From: Macrostomum hystrix
Lineage: Eukaryota; Animalia; Platyhelminthes
Assembly: GCA_950097015.1 (NCBI GenBank)
Contig: CATNEN010000002.1
Location: forward strand, 1,984,001 to 2,048,000
Reading direction: 5' to 3'
Length of the DNA: 64,000 bases
Shown: positions 25,384 to 38,214 of the stretch, one piece after another
Layout: every line of letters starts with the position of its first letter
Numbering within the stretch: the first letter of the stretch is position 1
Program-made: the position numbers and the translations under genes
Notes under the pieces: model-generated
The model's input: the letters and a program-made list of their open reading frames with translations, nothing else
The model's database searches: none
Told to the model about the DNA's origin: nothing

Positions 25384-26024
25384 TCAGGGCTGCGCATGAC
25401 AACAGCTCTGTGTCCGGGCACCCTAGACAATGAACTGACGACAATGACAACACAAAACAAACTGAACTCGTGAATGTTGTGGCAATCACTATTTTTTTCG
25501 CGCGGATAGATGTGTGAAGAACAGACAGTGACTATAGCGAATGCTTTTATCAGGCATGACATAATTACCTTTCTTCGAATCATGGAATATCTTAGAATTG
25601 ACAAGGCATTGCATGATAAGCAAACCAAACCAGATATATTTTCATTCCACATTCGAATTGTTCATATAGATGAGACTATTTCCTTTTTAACAGTCATGGA
25701 CAGCTCTAACAGAAGCATAGGCAATAGTTGAATCAGTGGCAAGCTGTTGAGCGCGACTTTGTTAGTCCTGTGTAAATGTGACGCGCGTTCCGGCCATCAA
25801 AACAATAAAGTCGTGCGGAAACTGTCCAGCAATGTCATTATCCACAGATGATGATCTCAAATATCCCCAGAGAAATTACAATCTTTGTGTCGCGCCTGAC
25901 GAAACGAAATAATTATAATACAACGAAATCCGACTCAATATTTGCTGCGAAGCAAAATGAGGATTTTATTTTTTCTCGCAAAACTGGCAATTAATTACTT
26001 GACTTTGACTGTCATCATTTCTGT

Positions 26025-26197
26025 AATTCTGATGCTGACACCTCACCACCACTCGTACAAAGACTGCTGCTCTGGAATTCTGATGCTGACACCTCACCAC
26101 CACTCGTACAAAGACTGCTGCTCTGTAATTTTGATGCTGTGGAATTCTGATGCTGACACCTCACCATCACTCGTACAAAGACTGCTGCTCTGGAATT
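26025..26197. repeat. 51-bp tandem repeat, three copies
   Basis: ctgatgctgacacctcaccaccactcgtacaaagactgctgctctggaatt occurs three times, with one short interruption. Confidence 0.85.
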
Positions 26198-26264
26198 TCG
26201 ACCTTTTGAGATTGTGATCCTTTAGAAATTTCACCAACGATGGCGCGATTTCGACCTCGAGATA

Positions 26265-27584
26265 TCCCCTGTCTCATCTCTCCCCTGTCTCATCTCTCCC
26301 CTGTCTCATCTCTCCCCTGTCTCATCTCTCCCCTGTCTCATCTCTCCCCTGTCTCATCTCTCCCCTGTCTCATCTCTCCCCTGTCTCATCTCTCCCCTGT
26401 CTCATCTCTCCCCTGTCTCATCTCTCCCCTGTCTCATCTCTCCCCTGTCTCATCTCTCCCCTGTCTCATCTCTCCCCTGTCTCATCTCTCCCCTGTCTCA
26501 TCTCTCCCGTGTCTCTCGTCTCTCTCCCGTCCAATCTCATCTCTGTCTCATCCCTCCCATGTATCGTCTCTCCTGTGTCTCATCTATCCAGTGTCTCGTC
26601 CATCCTGTGTCTCATCTCTCCGCTGTCTCATCTATCCTGTGTCTCATCTATCCTGTGTCGCATCTCTCCCCCGTCTCATCTCTCCCCCCGTCTCATCTCT
26701 CCCCTATCTCATCTCTCCCCCGTCTCATCTCTCCCCCGTCTCATCTCTCCCCCGTCTCATCTCTCCCCTGTCTCATCCATCCTGTGTCTCATCTCTCCCT
26801 TGTCTCATCTATCCAGTGTCTCTTCCATCCTGTGTCTCATCTCTCCCCCGTCTCATCTCTCCCCCGTCTCATCTCTCCCCCGTCTCATCTCTTCCCCGTC
26901 TCATCTCTCCCGTGTCTCTCGTCTCTCTCCCGTCCAATCTCATCTCTGTCTCATCCCTCCACTGTATCGTCCATCCTGTGTCTCATCTCTCCCCCGTCTC
27001 ATCTCTCCCCCGTCTCATCTCTCCCCCGTCTCATCTCTTCCCCGTCTCATCTCTCCCGTGTCTCTCGTCTCTCTCCCGTCCAATCTCATCTCTGTCTCAT
27101 CCCTCCACTGTATTGTCCATCCTGTGCCTCATCTCTCCCCCCGTCTCATCCATCCTGTGTCTCATCTCTCCCCTGTCTCTTCTATCCTGTGCCTCATCTC
27201 TCCCCTGTCTCATCTATCCTGTGTCTCTCGTCTCTCTCCCGTCCAATCTCATCTCTGTATCATCCCTCCCATGTATCGTCTCTCCTGTGTCTCATCTATC
27301 CAGTGTCTCGTCCATCCTGTGTCTCATCTCTCCGCTGTCTCATCTATCCTGTGCCTCATCTCTCCCCCGTCTCATCCATCCTGTGTCTCATCTCTCCCCT
27401 GTCTCATCTCTCCCGTGTCTCTCGTCTCTCTCCCGTCCAATCTCATCTCTGTATCATCCCTCCCATGTATCGTCTATCCTGTGTCTCATCTCTCCCCTTT
27501 CACATAATACTACAATTAATGCGTTCTGTTGTGCCTTTTAGGTTCTCTCCGTGGTCCGCACGCTGAAATGTCTGCCGACCCCTG
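26265..27584. mobile_element. TCTCATCTCTCCCCTG satellite (about 1.2 kb) ending in a hAT-type right terminus; probable truncated hAT MITE
   Basis: The satellite ends ...ctctcccctttc, as in the 48807 element. It is followed by GTGGTCCGC...TGCCGACCCCTG (ending 27584) and then atttagct. No left TIR was found. Confidence 0.7.
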
Positions 27585-30500
27585 ATTTAGCTCCAAAGTA
27601 GGTCAAATAATATTATCGGCGACAACATAAACTGTAATATGTGCCTGTAAACAGTAAAAACGATAATGTACAGTGACTCTAGTAATGCCACTTGTAATTC
27701 AGTACCAGATTCATGTAAATTTAATTAATTTCGTTAAATTTCTTGAAACAAAGAGATCAAAATCATAGCCTTTATAGTGCCTATATTTCATTATTTAGTT
27801 TCTGAAATTATTGTTTTGTGAAGGATCCATCATGAGACTTAATAATTCCATCTTAGGATCCTATATATACGGGTGTGTCGGGTGAGACTCTGCTTGATTT
27901 TTTTGGTCTCAGTGAGTTCTGTGAGCAGAGAGAGAGAGCCGAGTAGACTGAGATTACTATAAGAGCCACGATTGACAAGCACTGGAGTTCTGATAGCAGT
28001 ATAGAAGCCTCTAAAACACCACCCCAACAACGCCCAACCTCACTATTTACTCGGGAGAGTCTCAGATACTCATTATGGATAGGCATACCCACAAGCCACT
28101 GAGCAACCGCTAGCAGAACTGAGCACAATGCTCAGTTCTTAAAACATTGGCGAGATGTGGCCTGTGTTGTTTCTCTGCAGATTGTCTTTCATGTGATAAA
28201 AATGGTGAGCCATGCATGAAACTGACATCAAGTGGGTCGCGACTGCAGGGACTGCATGGTGGAGGTGGGGTGGTGTGTGGGTGGTGACAGGGCTAGCCGA
28301 GGCAGGCTATAGGCACTGCTCTGACAGGTTTTGAGCACGAGATTAAGAATTTGAGAAGAGATAGCGCAGAGAGGAGGCCTGAGAGAGAATTCGAGCCTGC
28401 GCCAACAAGCCTAGCCTGCAGCTCGCGGGGCAGCCCGCAGGAGACAGCAAATGACGGCCTGAAGGGACACAGGAGAGGGCTCGTGAGCAGTGTGAGAACG
28501 AGTCTAGAGTAGGACAGTGAGCTATAGGAGTCAGCTAAGCTCACATTTTTTCTGAGCGTGAATGGGTGAGGGTGGGTTAGAGAGTTTCTATTTGTGGAAG
28601 AGTCTCTGACCAGGTCCTCCTGAGCAGCTTGAGTAGCTTGGTCCGAGGGTGCAAATGGACGCGCAGTGCTCGCGGAGAGAGCGAGAGACAAGAGCACAGA
28701 GGAGGGACAGGAAACACGTTGCCATGGCAGTCGTATGATTGCTTTCGGGTGTTGGAAGGGGGTTAGGCTGGGGGGGCAATTTTTTTAGACTCAAACGAAT
28801 ATGACGCAGAGAGATGCGAGCCATTGATGTCACCCGGGTGAAAGATAGGCTGGCGATCGTGGGCAGCAGGGATGACGCACGGGAGAGAGAGGGAAGATAA
28901 AGCAGGAAAATCTACCTTAAAGAGTTGAGCGTGTTAAATTGTGAGAGTGGAGGTTAGCCGAGCTCTGTAGGAGGATGCTATTAAAAAGGTTGATTGAAAG
29001 AGGAGAGAAAATGAAGTGTAAAAATAGAGTTTGAAAAAAGGTACAAACCGATGGATGAGAGGAGAATTTCTGTAGGCGTGTCTTTTTTTTAACATGCGAG
29101 CAAAACCAGCTCGGCTCGAAAGTTTCGAGAATCGATTGTGCCGTCTCATGCATGGATACAGACTCAGGGAGTACTTGATCTGAGCAGTGCTTTTAGAGCA
29201 TATGTACTCATGGATTAAGCACGCGTGCAAGCCTTATGCAACCGAATATATTTATGCAATCGAAACACTTTGCAAGCTATATAGCAGCATTAATCCATCT
29301 CAACCAATTCAAACAAATGACATCAGGCATTCGTCTGCTGCCTAACGAGTAATCCTCGCTTTAACACCTCCTACTGACCGTCAGAAATCCTTTACATGAA
29401 AGGATCAGTCAATTTCTTCTTAAATTCTAAACAAATCAAGAACTAGACTTTGTTAATAAAATTAGGAATGATGCAAAACGTGCTTTTGTAGAGCCCCTCG
29501 ACTCGAGCAATGTCTGGCATAAACACGGTAATCGTTAATACACCAATTGTGTTGGAGATTTACACAAAGAACGAGTGATTACCCAGTACTACCCATGCAG
29601 GCAATAGTACAAAAAGCAAAATTTAATCAAAATATCCGAACAGGAAAAACTTGATAGTAAATATCGGATGTTTAGACATATTTCGACTGTAATCATTCGT
29701 ACACTCCTACAGTATATATAAAGTTACTTAAGTTGTCCTTTGTAAGTAACCTTTTTGCATTTATACACGTGCCACTTGCCTCAGTGGGACAAAAAGCAAC
29801 ATTTTACGAAAACACAGTTAGAAGAATTGCACTTATATTTTGTTGGCATGTCGATTATTTAACTCATGAAGATGCGACTTTACTTGCCCTGCATACATAT
29901 GTTTTGGATAACCATTTTTATGCTATTAATATTGCAATATACGAAAGATAGACTGCAAGTAGTACAGTCCGATATTGCAAGCTAAATGGCCCTATGGCAT
30001 TATTAAGTCGAAACAAAGCATAACCTGCAGAGCAGCTTTCAATATTCGAATTAATTTTATCCAAAATGTCAAGCAAGTTAAATTAATAAACGAATATATC
30101 ACTCTATTAGGAAAGAGGACTCCATTGTCAGGACCCAGAATCATTACCATCAGCAAAAAACGACGTCTCTTATCCTTCAAAATAAATATTTTTCAAATCT
30201 GAATAGCGAAATTTAGAATTATATTTATTTGAATTATCATTAAGTGTTCAGTTCAGCTAAACTAGATAAAGTTCTATTTCTAGTTTGTTCCATCTGCACC
30301 TGACGGCTTTGGGCAGTTATCGATGACGATATCTTAATATGTGAATACAAAATGAAAATTTCATAGAAGCCGCCACAAAAAGAAAACTAAAATTCACGTC
30401 TCATTACGTATTATTGTTACACTTGTCCAGGTATACTTTTATCGTAAGATATAATTAATAATAATGTGTTATTGTTTTTATCTTCATTATAACTATTACA

Positions 30501-32792
30501 TCATTTACAATTTTACTATCACTAGCAATTTCGAAGGCTCTTTAGCATAGGCTTTACTTATGCTACATTCAGACAAGGCAGTCGGTAGACTAGAAAACAG
30601 AATGCATGCAGAATACTCAAACTCAACTTTACTATATATAATAATTACAAACATTTAAAATTTTTTTTTCAAAAAAATCTACATGTACATTTTAAAATTG
30701 CAAATTTCTTGAATCTTGATACTGGAAATGTTTTTTGTATGATGTTAAACCTTACCCATTTTTAGTTTCTGTTGGCTAAATCAAATGATTGTGCTTTCTG
30801 GTATGCGCGAAAATGTGCTTATCTTGCTTTTAAAAATAATATTTGTGCATTAATCCTTTGTGTTTTTTGCTAATTAATGTTTTTAATGTTTTAATTGCCT
30901 AAGCATAGTTATACAGTCTAGTCACAACAATATCTGAATATATTAACATTTTGTGGTAGTCATGTAATTAAATTAGCCTGTAGCCAGTAGCCTGTCTTTA
31001 TGAAACACTCCAAATTCGTTCAATACATTTTTTATATTCTGCATTAGTTTATATAGCTGAACAGTTGTATTTGTAATAACAAATTTATGGTATCAATTAT
31101 AGTTAATACAGTTGATTCAGTTGATTTAGTCAAATAACATTTTATGTGGTATAGTTACATACTATTTAAAGAACAGGTAAGGAAACTGACAACTATCGCC
31201 TATTTTTGTAGTAGCTGTCTTATTACCTTGTCTAAATTAGCTACAGTTATTTAATATTTTTATAGGATTTTATTTTAATTGCATCTTCAATACTTCCTGT
31301 TTAGAAGTTCTGAATATAATGTTTAGTTTTTTGCTTCCATTTTACCTACCATTTAAGTTTTAGATAGGCTTTGTTCCTTAAGCTAGGGGCCTACTCTAGA
31401 CTAAATATGTTTCTAAGTCTAAGTTTGATACAGCTATTAGCTATCTTTTAGTTCTAATAATTCTTACAAGTTTTAGTACCTTAGAGATTAAAAAAACAAA
31501 TATCCTATTGATCAAACATGTCTTCTTCTTTCTCTGTTTATTTACAACAGTTTTGTCTCTAGCTCTCATGATTGCAAGAAAACCCTGATAAGTTTTTCAA
31601 AGTTTTTTTAGAAGGAAATGTATAAAATTACTTATATGTATTATACTTGCTTGTATACTTTATGCCTGTATGTATAAAAAGTTGATTAAAAACTGTAGGC
31701 ATATCATAATTTTACCTAAACCCATATTAGCGATGCATCTCGAATCTAATGTACTATCTATTTTAATCTTTTGATTAAAAAATTCAGTGTATACATTTTT
31801 GTGATTAGTAAATACTATCCACATGATCTTTTCTGGCTACTAATAGTAGCAGGCCTAGAACTGCATGTGTCGGTAAGATTGCGAATTTTATGTTTGCATT
31901 TTCAACTTCTAGTAGCCATGTTGATACACGATGCTTTGATTTATAGTAGCGATGAACAGACTCGGGCTGAGATATACAGAACAGCTTGTCGTGCAAAAGC
32001 GTTTAATTTTACGCCATAGAATCTGCAGCGTGGTGCAGAGTTAAATGAAGCAGCAATGAGGCAATTTATGCGGCTGAAACAGATTCCAGATTCACTGCTT
32101 CATTGTGGCTTGCCCTCTCATTCTGTGGCCTGAAACCACCCTGCTCTCTCTCTTCAAGCCTCTGCGCAGTGGAAACCTAATTAAGTATCGCTTTAGGCGC
32201 TTGTTCAAAGTTCAACACGGCCACATAAAAGGCAGAAGAGAAGGGAGATAGAGTGTGTTGTCCGTGGGATCTATATCTCCTAGCTTCTTTCGCTAGTTGA
32301 GATTTCGCGGGTCAAGATAGGGATAACGCCTAGATGAGATTAGGGACGAGGCAGGCCTCTCGGCTCATTCTGGTGACGAGATTTTTTTTCTCTCCCTTGT
32401 GGGTCTTCTCTTCGGCGAGCTTTTCCAAGAATTTGATTAAAATTTCGGATAGGCTGAAATTTTCCGCTTGGCCAAGCCCGAATTGCCCCAGCCTTGCCAC
32501 TGGAATCCCTGGAGCCCTGTCTTTGGTCCACAGATTTTTAATGGCAGCTGCTTGGTTGTTGGGCTGTCTTTCCGTGTAGGGCATCCTATCTCCCACTAAT
32601 CATTATCTAAGGCTTTAGTTTTATACATGTTCAACTAGATTGTTTTGCATTTGTTCAAATTTAAAGACGACAAGAAAGACAGGATTGGCGGCAGCGTACG
32701 AAAAGCGAACTTTGTGTATCATGGACAAGAATAACTATAACTAGTGCTTTAAAAGCTTTTAATAATAAGTATTGCAGGAGGGCTGCGGTCAA

Positions 32793-32990
32793 TGGCACAT
32801 CATTTGTGACACTAGACCCGCAGCCAGCGAGGAGGCAATTCTGCCCGTTCCACTGACTTCTCTTTTTCTCGGTCGGCGTTTATCTTTATCGATATTAGTC
32901 GGTCGGCGTGCGCCATCATGAACATTGTGTAGATTACAGGCGCCGGTGCTGTCAGGACTGACTCCTGACCACACACGCACACAGATACTG
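32793..32990. mobile_element. Dispersed repeat copy (second copy about 51580-51670) interrupted by a 67-bp GPCR-derived insert
   Basis: tggcacatcattt..gac..tagac..gccagcgaggaggca.ttctg..c.ttcc.ctgact is shared with 51581-51647. Positions 32893-32959 match 34141-34207 at 66/67 nt. Confidence 0.75.
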
Positions 32991-33138
32991 TACGCAGGCT
33001 CACACTCACACAGGTGTGTGCATCTGCCCTGACTTTCTCATCGTCAGACAGTGTGCACTCTCACTGTGCCTCGGAGGGCGTAAATTGCACGACTAGCCCC
33101 CAGCCTTCACTCCGCGGCCGCGCCTCAAATGAATGTGG

Positions 33139-33200
33139 CCTCGCCGCGGAATCGAGCTCAGGGACCTTGACGCGAGAAACAAACGCTCTTTGTTCGTAAT
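33139..33200 (-). mobile_element. tRNA-derived SINE head, second copy
   Basis: ctcgccgcggaatcgagctcagggaccttgacgcgagaaacaaacgc closely matches 17122-17168. Confidence 0.6.
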
Positions 33201-33801
33201 TTCTTATCGTTTTGAAGAACCAGATTATTTATTATCTGAAGGATTAGCATACAAGGATTTAACAACGCGGTATAATTACATGAACCTTTGTTATGTCTAT
33301 TTAGCTCTAGCTCGTCATCGCTTTACAATTGTTTTTCCTTGCTAAATTTAGCAATCCTTTGAAAAAAAGAAACACGATAGACGGCTGTGCTTGATTGTGA
33401 CTCCTTCCTTTCGAGATTTACTTTTTCTGTGAACTGACTTCGTGTCCAGCTCGGGTTTCTCGGTCTGCCTGTCGGCGCATAGAGACAGACTTCGTTCGTG
33501 TTCTGATTAAACTGACTTTAGTTAGGCAAATTTATAAGTCATTATGTCTATCTCTCAATTTATTATGATTATGATTATGATTATGATGATATAGGCTTCA
33601 ATAGTTGCCGCTTGTATTTTCGTTTGGTCATAGCGTAGTGGAGTTTCATTCGAACAGAAAAAAGAAGACTTAGTTAATGATTCGGGAATATGATGCTAAT
33701 TACAGACAGCCTTGTCTATTCAATAATTAATTTCAGTTTCGTATAGCCTTATAGGCTAGACAAGAGTTTTTACTTTGGCGACCAATGCGTCAGGGAAATG
33801 A

Positions 33802-34259
33802 TCACATTGTTTCAGTGTGCAACTCGCAGCACTCATCGGCGGTGAGGTCTTCACCGCTCTGTCCAAGATGGTGCGAGTTTGTTGTCAATTCTTCCGCAGC
33901 GTCGCCAGCAGCTGCGTTGTCGGCTGTAACGGCCTGTTGACTGGTTAGACTGAAGCAGCTGTTAACATAGAGACGAAAGCATCTATCCGTGATGTAGAAC
34001 ACCCAAAAGTTGATGGAGGCACTGATGGGCACGAGGACGTACTCGGTGACATACTGGGCCACCGTTAATTGTCCGATGCGGCTCCAGTGAGTTCGAAATG
34101 CCGGATCCACTTCGTCGTAGAGGCCGTTGGATAGCTTGACTATTAGTCGGTCGGCGTGCGCCATCATGAACATTGTGTAGATTACCGGCGCCGGTGCTGT
34201 CAGGACTAGATAAGCTAGGGCCAGGCCTAGCTGGCCGACGGCCCGATTCAATTGACCTC

Positions 34260-34294
<35 letters not shown>

Positions 34295-36240
34295 TCGTTT
34301 CGCAGGCTCTGGTAGGCACCCTTTCTAAACAGCAGCCAGCAAGTTGCAAGGCTAAGCAGGCACACCAGACTGTAGGGTAGCAGGCTTCGCGCCAAAGCGT
34401 TCATTACCGGCTTCACTAGGGTCACGAAGGCTAAATTAGCTCGAAAATTTTGCAGCCTAACATAGTGCACGCACTGCCGTCCTACTGTTGACTTGGCTGG
34501 AGCTGCTATCTCATCTCCAATGATGAGCATGCAGTTGAAAATGCAGGCAAAACAAAATGCGCACAGCGATAGAATCGCCAGCTGCCTGAGCGGCAGCTCC
34601 TTGCGCTCGCCCGTTGAGTCAGGCCGTCTGAATAGCGAATAGACAGCTAGGAAGCGTTCTACACTGAGGATGACAACAATGAATGCGCTTGACTCTACCG
34701 TCAGATTAAGCAAATAAGCTTGAAACTTGCACCACAGATCCGTGCCTCCACTGGGCTTTAGTTCCTGATCATGCTCCATATACTTGTCAGTAAATAGTAC
34801 CAGATTGGAGGCAACAAGTACGCTTGTGTCACTGCAGGCTAGAAGTACGATGAGTAAATTGCGACCGACTTTGCGCACCTGCGTGTGCCTGGCGTAGTAT
34901 AAGATGATGACCGAGTTAAGACTCGCGCCTACTACGGCTACGATCGGTAGGGCGAATTTCATCGCCGATTTTGCCTTCAAAATCGCCGGTATTCGGTTTG
35001 AGTATTGTTGAAAGGCCGAATACTCGCGCGAGATTCTTGTGCGCAAATGATGCCATAGGTCAGTGAGGGTGCTGTAGCATGTGCCGCTAGTTACTGCTGC
35101 CTGCTGACAGCTTGTCAACAATTGCGTGAGCTGCTCCATCTCGCGCGTTTCTAGGTGTCTGGCCAGATCTTTATCGATGTCTTCTTGCACAACGCGGCAG
35201 TAGAATGAAATGAGAGCTGCCCGATGCTCATTAGCGAGGTCTGGTCCGGAAATGTGGTTAGCGGCGCAGCAGTGGGACCAATGGGACTGATAGTGCTGCA
35301 TGTAGAGCAGCACATGGGCCAGCACTTGTCGCCCTAGGCTAGCAGCTGCGTGGCTAATGTTGTTAGCTCGGCTGGCCAGCTCACGCACGGATTTAACCAG
35401 CCCGGTCCGATTGAAGCAACCCGGCGACTCGGCGATTGATTGCGAATAATTAGCTATCAGGGCGGGTATTGTGTCCCACACCAAGATGGAGAGAATCTTG
35501 TAGTCGTTTGTTATCGCTACCATCTGACTTGCTGCATTTAATAAATGAGCATTTGTGTGTTCCGATGAATTTCTTGAATAAGGCTCAGTTGAGTACAACA
35601 TGATGTCCACCTGTCGGCTAGTTGCGTCAAGAATCCTGACAGTCTTGTCTAGCAGTTGACGCGTGGTATTTGCCAGCGCAGAAGGGCATTCGGTGTATCC
35701 GTTGTTAGCCAGTCGAAGCAGCTCGTTGTACTGCTGACGCCTAGGGGCTAGGTAGCCTGGAAGCTCATTACCGATAGTGCTGTGCAGCCTGCCCGATTTT
35801 GTTGACATGAAATCTAAAAATGTGACAGCATCGGACCAGTGCTTGGGATTGCGTCTGTACCACTCTGCTTGGAGCTGCTTGTCGCCCTCCCAGCTAAGGT
35901 GCCTGTAGACGCGATGATACCTTTCTAGATCGCGTAGAAGTTCTGTTGAATCATCTAGCGCCTGGTTCCAATTCCATCGATTGTAATAAGCCGACGAGCC
36001 GACATTATAAGTTCCTCCGAGTCGGGTCACTAAACGCCAACTGGTGCCAAAGTACTGCATGAAGCCAGAGTACCTCACCGCTACGGAGCTCCATTCGTGT
36101 CGCCTGTAGTGAAAGTCATGCGCCACCACCTGATAGATTTCTAGCAGCATGCGCTCCTGGGTAGATGTAAAATTTCCTTGCGTCAACTTAGTGCTGAGCA
36201 GTACACTCAGGTAGAGTAGATAAAAGCTTAACAACTTCAT
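33802..36240 (-). CDS. Class A (rhodopsin-type) peptide-receptor-like GPCR with a long unrecognised N-terminal ectodomain, intronless, about 812 aa
   Basis: The likely start MKLLSFYLLYLSVLLSTKLTQG (ATG 36240) is a signal peptide. 7TM motifs are GASLN (TM1), LLACSD (TM2), WCKF (ECL1-TM3), LSVERFLAV (DRY-like), LLPY (TM5), YLVLTAP (TM6) and SASINFWVFY (TM7). A poly-Q tract lies in ICL3 (34261-34290). Confidence 0.88.
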
Positions 36241-36886
36241 TCGACCTGTTAAGTTGTTTCCGGCTATTAGATTCTGACTGTATAGATTGCAACAGTTGCA
36301 AACGACTTGATTGATTGTCACTGGATATATGGGTTGAGGCGAGCCTCGGGCTTTGCTTCATTTATTGCGTCGGTCAGAAAATCTCTTTTCTACTTATCCT
36401 CTATCGTCTGGATTCGCCTATCGGCTACTGTTATTTCCATCGCTCGCATCTCCAGGGCAAGCTGATCCCCTGCTGGCGCGGCCCCGCCCAATCCGCGCGC
36501 GCTTTGACTTGCTTGGAGGAGATCGGGCTGAGTAGGGCAGCGAGGCGCTTCTGGAAACTCCGGCTCTAGAGACGCCAATGGAGATGGGAAAGAGGGAAAG
36601 TTGCCGTCTCAATTCGACCCCTGGCTGCCCCCTCCCGAGGGTAGGACGAGCTGGGAATGAAAAGCTATCGGCGGAGAGGATGAGTGAGGCGATGATGGGG
36701 CCTGCTTGAGCCTGCTCTTCCTCCTCGGGCTCCTCTTAACCGTGAATAATCAGTTGAGCTGCCTCATTTTGCTTTCTGTCCTCACTGTGAGCCTATCTCC
36801 GCCTCCCCTGTCTGCTCTACCTCCACTTCTCTATGTCTCTGATTGACGCCTCTCGTCCCAATCTTGAAGTGGCATGCCGTGTTTGT

Positions 36887-36887
<1 letters not shown>

Positions 36888-36920
<33 letters not shown>

Positions 36921-36923
36921 CAG
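36888..36923. repeat. (CAG)10 microsatellite upstream of the GPCR
   Basis: Read directly. Confidence 0.9.
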
Positions 36924-38037
36924 CCACAGTTTCACCTGTTCCCTGAGGAAGATCCAATTCAGTCCACTAACCTCGCCCAGTGGAGGGTTGATAGTCGCTG
37001 TTGTTATGTTGCTGGGACTAATATATTAAATCATTTATACCCTGTGTTCTGTGCCCCCCTTCGAGCTACAAGTTGCATCTTTGACATTTTTATTTGCTAG
37101 TTTTTTTGGGAACATCAGTCCACAGTGATTGATTGAATATTAAAAATTTATTCATTTTTTGCAATTGTTATTCTAGTAATCTATGAACTTTAAACTAATT
37201 AAATATCTGGATTGACTACACCTTTAGAGACAAGTCGAAGAGCTCTTAAGGACATATAAACTAAGCAGTATCTACGGTAGAGATGAGACAGGGGAGATGT
37301 GAGACAAGAGAGTGGTGAGACTTGCGTTTCTATGGGGATGAAGGCCAGGGGGGCTTATGGTGGAGATTTTCTGGTCTTCTCTGGTCTGCCGAGCCGATCC
37401 CTGATCCAAGCGATACTCGTAGGCATATATTTTTCCAATAACGTATTACAGAAAACAATTTCCTAATTCCTACTCAATGCAGCTTAGACAAAGCAATTAT
37501 TTTAATTGGACCAAGCTGCGTATTGAGGAAAAGCAGTGGCTTTACATTTTAGGCTAATTAGTATTTCGCTTCGCACCTGTCGAGATGGAGAATAGAGGCT
37601 GGGAAGATTGGAGAAGCATCCGCCGATTTGCCTGGAAACTAATTTGCACATTTTCAAAGGAACTCCTCTTTGAGGATTTATTATTATCCTGTCTCCATGC
37701 TGGTTCTGAGAGACACTGTCCGTTTTCGTGGATAGTTGTTAACCTAGACCTTGACAACGAGGCTTTGCGAAAATTCACTGAGTGCATTGCGCATTGATCT
37801 TAGTAATATTATAGAAATTATGACAATCTCTACAATGTACTACACACGCTAAAGAAACGATCAAATTGCAGATTCGTTCTAAGCCTAATTGAAACTTTGA
37901 CGTAAAAAAACCAAACAAACGACAGCTAGGAGTTTTGAGTCCAGGACCGCCGTGTCCCAGTTTCGGCCCAACCAAGTACGCGTTGGTTGCGGCTTTGAGA
38001 TTTAACAATTCCGGAATTTAAAACTAATAATAAATCG

Positions 38038-38214
38038 ATGGATCGAGCCCTGAGTCTGAACTTGTTGAACGCGGCCGGTGTCGTGTACTTCTTCGGAGTC
38101 ACCGCCACTTGCTTCTTCACCGCTGAACTGGCAGTGCTGCCCAGACTGGCCGCTGAAGGTGACTTGTCCAGTCCGGGCTGGGTGCGGCTGCTGCTGTACT
38201 GCCTAATAGCTGAG
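38038..38214 (+). CDS. DHHC palmitoyltransferase exon 1
   Basis: MDRALSLNLLNAAGVVYFFGVTATCFFTAEL... is hydrophobic. Donor GAG|gtcagt in phase 0 joins exon 2 as LIAE-VLANY. Confidence 0.75.

Noticed and set aside
26240-27566. 330-430 aa Ser/Pro/Leu-rich ORFs in three frames (also 10997-11588 and 48774-49307)
   Set aside because: The TC-rich satellite lacks stops in all frames on that strand, so these are not real proteins.
28293-28833. Minus-strand ORFs with a signal-peptide-like start (possible neuropeptide precursor near PC2)
   Set aside because: The hydrophobic stretch is out of frame with the nearest ATG, and there are no repeated dibasic or amidation motifs and no recognisable homology. 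RNA-seq would be needed.
29400-31900. AT-rich region with short ORFs, possible decayed transposase (also 50230-51010)
   Set aside because: No recognisable catalytic motifs or termini were found.
23461-36240. PC2 and a peptide-receptor-like GPCR as a functional neuropeptide cluster
   Set aside because: They are convergent genes 8 kb apart with no shared regulatory evidence. Adjacency alone is not informative.
33802-36321. ORF-track start at 36321 for the GPCR
   Set aside because: The ATG at 36240 directly precedes a clean signal peptide. The extra 27 codons look non-coding.
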